Virus record (IMG/VR): IMGVR_UViG_3300046061_000016
Location: 1 to 37,323 of that record
DNA length: 37,323 bases
Reading direction: 5' to 3' (one strand)
Source: a virus
Lineage: Duplodnaviria > Caudoviricetes
The position numbers were made by a program, and so were the translations under genes. The notes under the pieces were generated by a model that was not told the origin of the DNA, ran no database searches, and saw only the letters and a program-made list of their open reading frames with translations. Below, one piece after another: positions 30,446-37,323 of this stretch; within the stretch, counting starts at the first letter, position 1; each line of letters opens with the position of its first letter.

Positions 30446-33415
30446 ATGGCTACCCGAAAAGAGAACACATTTCCGATCCGCGGGCTGGACCTCACAACGC
30501 CGGGCCACCAGCTGCCCAGCGGCGCGTGTCGGCTGCTGTGGGACCTGGTGCCGACCGGGCGAGGGGACGGGGCGGTGTGGGAGGTGCCGAAAGTGGCCCA
30601 AGCAACGCCTGTAAGTGATGTTCTCTCGCTCGGAATGCATGGGCAAAACCAGCTTCTTGCGTTGAGGGCCGACGAGCTCGTCGTCGTCGAAAAGGGCACT
30701 TGGGTCGAGAGCATTGTTTGGACTTTTGAGCAGGCCGACGAGACCCGAAGAGCGACCTTTACCCGATTCCGCGACCAGACCTTTGTTTCGGTTACAAGTG
30801 GCGCCGGGATCGGGGAGCCTGAGGTTACGCTGGAGGTGTCCGGCACCGAGGCTGGGCGCATTGATTGGCCTCTCTTACCGCAACTGTCAACCAAAGTCGT
30901 CTTTCGGCAGGAAGAAGACGTTTTTCCTCCAGGACACTTCGCCTTTCGGATTGCGTGGGAGCTGGCCGACGGGACGATCGGCCCGACGAGCTCGTTCTAC
31001 TTTGCCGCGATTGAGACATCGGCATGGGAAGTCGACTTTACGGTCGACCACTTCCCAGAGGACATTTCCGAGCGGTGGGAGCGGCGTATTGAAAGCCTGG
31101 TGCTGATCTGCCACCCTCCTGTCCAAGAGGCGTTTCCTCCCACATTTTACCCTCGAACGCGCACCCTTCCCGAGCGGCAGCCCGGATACATCGTGGCGCG
31201 AACCAACGACTACGAGAAGGGCGCAACCATCCAGTTTGGCGACTCGGTCGAGTCTGTTCTCAGTGAGTCTTTGTATGACGGAATCGGCCTGCAAGCCCAT
31301 TCGATTCGGGCCGGAGCGCTGTACGGGTACAACCGGAGGCTAATTGTTGGGGATGCTGGCTACGACCTCACGCGCCCCAACATCAAGCAGGCCCTTGATT
31401 GGGAGGCAGAGGCGAGCAACGCCGGTGGCGACGACTACCACGTTATCATGCAAGTTACAATTGACACCGAGCAGGGACCTCTCACGCGCCTCTCGGAGCC
31501 CCTGCCCTACGACGGGTCAAACATCAGCGGCATTACCGTAAGGGAGGCAGCCTTGACCTACCCGGACAGCCGTGCGACCGGCTACGAGTTTTACGTCAGC
31601 GACGATTACAGCGGAGTCGTCGAGGATGCTACGTGGACCCGCCCCGCCTTGATTGGGATGAACCGCTCGTTTGAAGGGCTCCAGGGCAGCGGGCTTTCGT
31701 ACAGCGCAATCTTGCCTGAGCTCTACGACTTCACCGACTCGACCGGGGACATTGTCGGCCCCTTTAGCCACCGAGATTTTCTCCGGGCCACCTCTCCAAA
31801 CGGCGCTTCTGGCAAGTTTGACAGCACGGTCGAGGACTTTCGCGGACAGACCTATGCGAGCGATGCAGATGGAGAGTTGACCGTGGAGGAGCTGGAGGAG
31901 GAAATTGTTTTTCCGTTCTCGAAGATTTTTCCCGACGGCGACGAGGACGTAACCGAGTTTGAGTTTAGCATTTACGTTCTCGCTGAAGTGAGCTCGCTTG
32001 ACCAGAGCGGTGCCGAATCTGAGGCCAAGGCGATCGTGGAGCTGCGGGACGAGCAGGGGAGTGTGCTTGCAAGCACGACCGAGTCCGTGCAGCAAAGCGG
32101 AGAGGGAACGACTGAAAGCCGCGTCACGGACATTACGCTCACTCGCTCCAACACGTCGGGGTGGGGTGCCGGGGACGCATACGACATACGAATCGAACTG
32201 GACCTCACAGCCAAAGCGATAACATCCAGCTCAGGCGACGCCAGCGCGAACACAGCGGACGCTGCGGCCCGCGTGTACTCGTCGCTGCTTACCGTCGAGA
32301 AGCCAGCTGACGACTCGACACACAGCCTCTCCCGCTCCTCCGAGATTGATGGGGACGGAAACCGGATCATCTGGTCCGAGGCCAACCGCCCGTTCAGTTT
32401 TCCGGCTGAGAACCTTGTCTATTCCGGGCAGGACGGACAGGTCCTGTCCCTCCAGGCAACGGGCCAAGAGATAAGCACGGGGCAGTTTGGAGACTATCCG
32501 ATCATTGTGTTCAACAACGACTCCGTTCACGTTTTGGCGATTGGAGCTGAGACATTTGTGCAGCGCCTCGACGTGATCACAAACGACATGGGCCTGGTGG
32601 GCCGAGGTGCAGTCACGTCCGTCGACGGTCCGGTCGTGGCCTGCCTGGACGGCGGCCTATATCAGCTCACACCGCAACTGGAGCAGCCGTCCCTTTCGCG
32701 CCCGCTCAACGACGTAGGCGAGGAGTTTTTGCGCTCTCTCGGCCCGGATACGGTTGTCGGCCACTACAAAAATGTGCAGCGCGGCCGGAACGACGTGTGG
32801 GTCGCCGCCGGCGGGCGCGTCTGGAACTATTCGATCGACCAGGGGGCGTGGAGCGCCCTTCGCCGCTCGCGCCGCGACTTTGCGCTTCGGCCCGGCGAGG
32901 AATACGCCGCCCGGCTTGATGGGGCGCTGGTCCGTGAGGTGGCCGCCGAGGGAGAGGGGCAGGTCAACATCCAGACGGCCGTCCTTCAGGCCGGCCCACT
33001 CGGCACGCTCAAGCGCATGCGGCAGGTGCAGCTGCGGCAGCCGACCCCCCTGGAGGAGGTGGACCTGTCCCTGGTGGCGACCGACCCGCGCCGCGAATAC
33101 GTCAAGCTCGACAGCGAAACGCTCCGGGCCGACGAGGTAAGCGGCGGGGTGGTCCCGGCCGCCGGCCTCGGCACGGGGTTCGTTCTCGACATTCGAGGCC
33201 GAGCCCTGACCGGGCAGTCTATCGAAAGCATCTTTGTGGAGTGGGACGTGCGGAATCGGACCCTCCGCGACCACCAGGCGCACGAATACCCGGCCTACTT
33301 AGACGCGCCGACAGCGACACAGACGCAAGCGGACTCCGACACTGTGGCTCTCGCCAAGCTCGCCGAGACCGAAGAGACGACGACATTCGTGCTTGCCTCG
33401 ATCAACGACCTTTAG
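30446..33415 (+). CDS. Tail nozzle / DNA stabilisation protein (P22 gp10-like)
   Basis: ~989 aa, beta-rich; RIIWSEANRPFSF, GQFGDYPIIVF and KRMRQVQL; ATG at 30446. Confidence 0.7.
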   Translation: MATRKENTFPIRGLDLTTPGHQLPSGACRLLWDLVPTGRGDGAVWEVPKVAQATPVSDVLSLGMHGQNQLLALRADELVVVEKGTWVESIVWTFEQADETRRATFTRFRDQTFVSVTSGAGIGEPEVTLEVSGTEAGRIDWPLLPQLSTKVVFRQEEDVFPPGHFAFRIAWELADGTIGPTSSFYFAAIETSAWEVDFTVDHFPEDISERWERRIESLVLICHPPVQEAFPPTFYPRTRTLPERQPGYIVARTNDYEKGATIQFGDSVESVLSESLYDGIGLQAHSIRAGALYGYNRRLIVGDAGYDLTRPNIKQALDWEAEASNAGGDDYHVIMQVTIDTEQGPLTRLSEPLPYDGSNISGITVREAALTYPDSRATGYEFYVSDDYSGVVEDATWTRPALIGMNRSFEGLQGSGLSYSAILPELYDFTDSTGDIVGPFSHRDFLRATSPNGASGKFDSTVEDFRGQTYASDADGELTVEELEEEIVFPFSKIFPDGDEDVTEFEFSIYVLAEVSSLDQSGAESEAKAIVELRDEQGSVLASTTESVQQSGEGTTESRVTDITLTRSNTSGWGAGDAYDIRIELDLTAKAITSSSGDASANTADAAARVYSSLLTVEKPADDSTHSLSRSSEIDGDGNRIIWSEANRPFSFPAENLVYSGQDGQVLSLQATGQEISTGQFGDYPIIVFNNDSVHVLAIGAETFVQRLDVITNDMGLVGRGAVTSVDGPVVACLDGGLYQLTPQLEQPSLSRPLNDVGEEFLRSLGPDTVVGHYKNVQRGRNDVWVAAGGRVWNYSIDQGAWSALRRSRRDFALRPGEEYAARLDGALVREVAAEGEGQVNIQTAVLQAGPLGTLKRMRQVQLRQPTPLEEVDLSLVATDPRREYVKLDSETLRADEVSGGVVPAAGLGTGFVLDIRGRALTGQSIESIFVEWDVRNRTLRDHQAHEYPAYLDAPTATQTQADSDTVALAKLAETEETTTFVLASINDL

Positions 33416-33434
33416 ACCAACACTCGCCAGACCC

Positions 33435-33635
33435 GTGGCTACCGAAAAAACCGTCGAGATTCGAGGGTCGGCAAAGGCGGCGTTTCGCCGTATCCAGCGA
33501 ACCTATGACTTTCTCGGCCAGACGTTCACGCTCCAGTTTGTGCGCATCGACCCGGCCATCGAGCACGCCGTCCGCGTCGAGCAGGGGGACAAAGATTTTT
33601 CCGGCACCCTTCTCATTGACCAAGACAAGTCCTAA
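33435..33635 (+). CDS. Small hypothetical protein (66 aa)
   Basis: GTG at 33435; fills the gap between nozzle and tailspike. Confidence 0.55.
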   Translation: MATEKTVEIRGSAKAAFRRIQRTYDFLGQTFTLQFVRIDPAIEHAVRVEQGDKDFSGTLLIDQDKS

Positions 33636-33637
33636 TC

Positions 33638-35467
33638 ATGGCACAGCCGACCGACCTTACGCTCATCGAGAGCGACCAAGAGTTTCGCGATTTTCGCGAC
33701 CAGCTCGAAAAGGCCTACAACGACACTGCGGTGGTGCGCAGCGACGTTCGCGCGGTTCGCGACGACGTCGAGCAAACCGCCTCTAACATCGGCGCCCTCG
33801 GCGGCATCGACGGGACGGCCGAACAAAAAATCAACTCCTCAACCCTAGAGATGGCGGACGGCACGACCGTCGAGGCGTCGAATCATTCTGGGGAAATCTG
33901 GTACGTCGTGGGCGAGACGGTGTATTATAAGTCTAACGGAACGGATTGGAACCAAACCGGCCCTGACCTGAGCGACGCATCTCGGCTTACGAAAGGCGTA
34001 TTGCCAGCCGCTCAGGTGCCCCGCAGTGTGGGGATCCCGTTGCAGGTCGGATATGGGGTCTCGGTGCCCGACGGCGCGTCTCCAAAAAAGTTTGACCCGT
34101 CGGATTACTCCAGTGATGAGTCGATGGTGCAGGCGCTCAGTGACCATGCGGCCAACAATGGGGGTGGCCGGGTCCTCTTGAGCGAAGACCTGCTCCCTTA
34201 TGACGCGAGTAGTGTGTCGTTCGACGCGAGCGTTCGCATGGTGCGCGCCGTACAGAAGACGGACGTTTTCGATGTACGGGCGTACGGAGCAAAAGGCAAA
34301 AATGTCGATGTGACTGATCCAGCGACGATGCAGGACGACACGCCTGCGATCCAGGCCGCAATCGACGCGGCGACGGCGACGGATCAGGTCGGAGAGACGG
34401 TCTATCTCCCGCCTGGCAACTACACACTTGACGACGATCATCTGCGCATGCGCGGCAACAACTTCGAGCTGAGGGGAGCAGGATTTTACTGGACTGCCAT
34501 CCGGAGAATCAACATTTCCAACCCCTCTGCTGCTGTCACCAATAATGTGGTGCTTCTCTTTCCACACCGGAGCCAAGACGACGTGCGGCAGACACAGGTC
34601 CGGAAGATCTCCCTTGGGCCCCAGACAAACGCTGGCAACACGTCTCCGACGATCCAAATGGGAGGCAGCTCTGAGGTGACCGACGATGGAGCAGCCAACG
34701 TCAACATCACCGAGACGGAGTTTTTCAAAGTCCGCTTCACCCACTCGAATGTTTGCTTCAAGAATTTTGGAGATGGTACAGTCGCGGGCACCAGGATCGA
34801 AAGCTGCGGAATCGAAGGCATGAACAACGCGGTCTATCAACTCCGTGGGGGGGACACCCGCAAGTGGACTGGCAAAGACAATCTCTACAACGACACAAAA
34901 GGACCGATCCTGCAGCTAATACCCAACGAACTCACTGCACCACGTGGGGGCGTGAATCGAATCGCGCTCCGGCCCATCGCCATCAAAAAACACGCTGGGC
35001 CGCTCGTGGACCTGCGCAACAGCACGGCAAGCAGCAACGCGTGGGGCATTTCCATTCAGGGCGGGCGCCTCCGGATCACTGGGGATTTGACGGCTCTGCT
35101 TAACTCCCCTGAAAACGGAGAACACATCACCGATTTCTCCTTGACGGGCATGAATGTGTTTCGCGTTGATGGAGGAACGTCGCAATACGACTGGATCAGC
35201 AGATGGAAGGACACAAACCTCTCTAAGATCACCATTGCTGCCAACCACTTCTCTGGTGCCGCATTTGCCGACACGTACAAAAACCTTACCCCCGCCAATT
35301 ATACGATGGGGCTAAATAATGTAGATAAAGGAGCCGCATTGACGGCAAAAGACGCGTCCACAGTGGACACGACGTATGGGGCCGAAGAAGAGGGGGTTAT
35401 CAAAAACAATCGTACCCGCATTGAGGAGATTGAGGCGCGGCTTCAAGAGCAGGGGATAATATTTTAG
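33638..35467 (+). CDS. Tailspike / receptor-binding protein with pectate-lyase-like beta-helix
   Basis: FDVRAYGAKG...DDTPAIQAAID...VYLPPGNY...LRGAG; Asn-rich helix rungs; N- and C-terminal coiled coils. Confidence 0.85.
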   Translation: MAQPTDLTLIESDQEFRDFRDQLEKAYNDTAVVRSDVRAVRDDVEQTASNIGALGGIDGTAEQKINSSTLEMADGTTVEASNHSGEIWYVVGETVYYKSNGTDWNQTGPDLSDASRLTKGVLPAAQVPRSVGIPLQVGYGVSVPDGASPKKFDPSDYSSDESMVQALSDHAANNGGGRVLLSEDLLPYDASSVSFDASVRMVRAVQKTDVFDVRAYGAKGKNVDVTDPATMQDDTPAIQAAIDAATATDQVGETVYLPPGNYTLDDDHLRMRGNNFELRGAGFYWTAIRRINISNPSAAVTNNVVLLFPHRSQDDVRQTQVRKISLGPQTNAGNTSPTIQMGGSSEVTDDGAANVNITETEFFKVRFTHSNVCFKNFGDGTVAGTRIESCGIEGMNNAVYQLRGGDTRKWTGKDNLYNDTKGPILQLIPNELTAPRGGVNRIALRPIAIKKHAGPLVDLRNSTASSNAWGISIQGGRLRITGDLTALLNSPENGEHITDFSLTGMNVFRVDGGTSQYDWISRWKDTNLSKITIAANHFSGAAFADTYKNLTPANYTMGLNNVDKGAALTAKDASTVDTTYGAEEEGVIKNNRTRIEEIEARLQEQGIIF

Positions 35468-35552
35468 GATTCACAAGTAGATGAGAAAAAAGGCTAGAGA
35501 CGTATACCGTAACACCGCTCACTATTCAACAAACAACGACCAGAAAAAAACC

Positions 35553-36071
35553 ATGACTGACGACGCCCGATCAAAAGCAAGAGACATGAACACCGCCGAG
35601 CTCGCCGAGCACGTCACCACCGAGATTGGGGGAAAAGTCCCCGACAAGCTTGACGGCGTCACGCGAGACAAGACGTTTCGCAAGGCGACGGCCATGCTGC
35701 TCGCCGGCGAGATCACGGTTCCCGAATGGGAGTGGTTTGCCCGGCGCGCCATCAACCGAAGCGTCGACCTGCCGTACCTCACCGAAGCCACCGAGCGGGA
35801 GCTGTTTACGACGGCGTTCGAGGGCGTCGGGGCCGCCCTGGAGGGCCTCATTCTGCATCAGGAGTCGGACTTCCGCACCGCGACGGCCGACCTGCTCCGC
35901 GGCAACATGACCGTCGAGGAGTGGACCGGCGTGGCCGCCGAGGCGCTCGACCGGCTTGTCGACATTCCGTACGTGCCCGCGGTGGGCGAAGAGATGGTGT
36001 TCGACCGGGGCCTCTCTCTCATCGCGCAGGCGCTTCACGGCATGCTGGTCGGCAGCTCCGAAAGCGCATGA
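35553..36071 (+). CDS. Hypothetical protein made of two 65-aa repeats
   Basis: FRKATAMLLAGEITVPEW..VDLPY and FRTATADLLRGNMTVEEW..VDIPY; ATG at 35553 preferred. Confidence 0.75.
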   Translation: MTDDARSKARDMNTAELAEHVTTEIGGKVPDKLDGVTRDKTFRKATAMLLAGEITVPEWEWFARRAINRSVDLPYLTEATERELFTTAFEGVGAALEGLILHQESDFRTATADLLRGNMTVEEWTGVAAEALDRLVDIPYVPAVGEEMVFDRGLSLIAQALHGMLVGSSESA

Positions 36072-36571
36072 CCGATCGCTGTCTTCACGCCGACACGAAC
36101 GGCACCGGCGACGAAAACTCGCGGGCGACCAACACGCGGGAGCACGTCGTCGTGTCGGCCGCGGCGCTAATCGGGTGGGACGAGTACCTGACCCGCTCGA
36201 TGCAGCGGGAGTACCGCATCATTCAGGCGCTCAAAGAGCACCGGCGCCGCAGCAGACACGCGCGTCGGGCCCGGTCCCGCGCCTCCACCAGCGCGGCCCC
36301 ACCTAGCGAACCACCACAGGCCCAGCCTCCACAGGCTGAGGCACCACAGGATCAGGACCCACCCCCGAGCCCAGATTCTACGGTGCACGGCGGGATGACC
36401 CTGGAGCGTGCCCGTGAGGCAATTGTGCGGGAGCGCTGCGAGGCGCTCCGGCCGAAAGCGTCGTGGGGACAGGTGGCCGAGTCGCTCGGCGTGAGCAAAA
36501 AAACGCTCTGGACCCATCGCCGCGAAATTTTTGACTCTGGTCACAAGTTCCACCCCGGCCAGGCAACCTGA
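36068..36571 (+). CDS. Protein with C-terminal helix-turn-helix (regulator)
   Basis: SWGQVAESLGVSKKTLWTHRR; ATGA overlap; Pro/Gln linker encoded by 15-bp repeats at 36311-36355. Confidence 0.65.
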   Translation: MTDRCLHADTNGTGDENSRATNTREHVVVSAAALIGWDEYLTRSMQREYRIIQALKEHRRRSRHARRARSRASTSAAPPSEPPQAQPPQAEAPQDQDPPPSPDSTVHGGMTLERAREAIVRERCEALRPKASWGQVAESLGVSKKTLWTHRREIFDSGHKFHPGQAT

Positions 36572-36715
36572 GAGGAACGGGCGCCCACCTGGCGCGACTG
36601 CGATCAGAGTTGCGTCCCCGTGTGCCGCGATTCAGTCATTGGTTGCGGGCGCATTTTTTGAGGCGGAAAGCCCTTAACCCACCTATTTTCCGCACAACCC
36701 ACGACCCCACACGCG

Positions 36716-37006
36716 ATGACCTTAAAACGCATGTTGTCGTCCACGGTGCTCGCTCCGCTGATCGTAGCGGTCATTGTGGGCGTTGTATCCTCCTGGGTGA
36801 CGACGCGCGTCCAGATCGGCACAATCACTGAGCGCCTCCAGCGGCACGACGACGCGATTACGCGCCTACGGGTGCGCGGAAAGGCGCAGCGCAGCTCGAA
36901 CCAGGACATGCGCGAGCGCCTCACGAGGCTCGAGACCAAGATTGACCTGCTCCTCGAGAGCCAGGGCATCAAGGCTCACAACACACCTCGTAAGGGACCT
37001 CGATGA
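36716..37006 (+). CDS. Holin-like / membrane-anchored coiled-coil protein
   Basis: One TM segment (VLAPLIVAVIVGVVSSWV) followed by ERLTRLETKIDLLL. Confidence 0.55.
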   Translation: MTLKRMLSSTVLAPLIVAVIVGVVSSWVTTRVQIGTITERLQRHDDAITRLRVRGKAQRSSNQDMRERLTRLETKIDLLLESQGIKAHNTPRKGPR

Positions 37007-37270
37007 GGGGCCCCTATGTGGTAATCCTTGATGGGTGCGGACAGAATACCCCCCCTTCTGTCCACTTCCGTCAGCAGGGGTTTGTTGAGTCAACAGATTA
37101 CTCAACAGAGGAACATAGAAGCCCCACTCAGAACCGGTACCAGGATTTTTCCAGGCTGTGGCGTGACAGCTGTCTCGGAGCCGCGACAACGGAGAACGGC
37201 GGCGCGGCTCGAAGACGTCGATAGGCGGCGCTAAGGAGCAGTGAGGGCCCCTTAGCAGCCGCTTACCAGC

Positions 37271-37323
37271 GGTAGCGTGGGAGGGATTTGAACCCTCGAC
37301 CTCCGGGTTATGAATCCGACGCT
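37271..37323 (-). tRNA. 3' portion of tRNA-Met (CAT), cut by the window end; probable att site
   Basis: Reverse complement reads AGCGTCGGATTCATAACCCGGAGGTCGAGGGTTCAAATCCCTCCCACGCTACC: CAT anticodon loop, GTTCAAATC T-loop and acceptor 3' strand. Confidence 0.9.

Larger units (their letters stand above)
1..37270 (+). mobile_element. Podovirus-like prophage or temperate phage; left part outside the window
   Basis: Complete packaging, head and short-tail module, no tape measure or sheath, abuts a tRNA 3' end. Confidence 0.85.

Noticed and set aside
37003-37234. Short ORFs 37003-37224 and 37028-37234
   Set aside because: Atypical codon usage, mutually overlapping, and located in the presumed att arm region

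Overview
This window is the right-hand ~37 kb of a high-GC tailed phage or prophage with podovirus-like (P22/SU10-style) architecture. Essentially all real genes are on the + strand. Gene order: small early/middle genes (wHTH, RuvC-like resolvase, acidic coiled coil, HAD phosphatase, a secreted beta-barrel-like protein); an ejection module (two Gly-rich internal virion proteins, a GH24 lysozyme, a ~3,640-aa polyvalent protein); TerS and TerL; three small inserted genes and a ~290-nt structured non-coding element; portal, scaffold and major capsid protein (with an unusual hydrophobic leader); two adaptor proteins, nozzle, beta-helix tailspike, an HTH protein and a holin-like protein. The window ends in the 3' part of a tRNA-Met(CAT) on the - strand, the probable attachment site. 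The very acidic proteins, high GC, A/C-rich leaders without Shine-Dalgarno sequences and a Gln after a signal-peptide cleavage site suggest a halophilic Bacteroidota/Rhodothermota host such as Salinibacter (inference). The best leads are the structured RNA-like element before the portal, the modular giant protein (split domain plus compact duplicate, RF junction motifs, two zincins), the membrane-type leader on the capsid protein, a 26-bp palindromic sequence shared by two distant genes, and recurring QxxLF clamp-like motifs. All family assignments come from motif recognition by eye; no searches were run.
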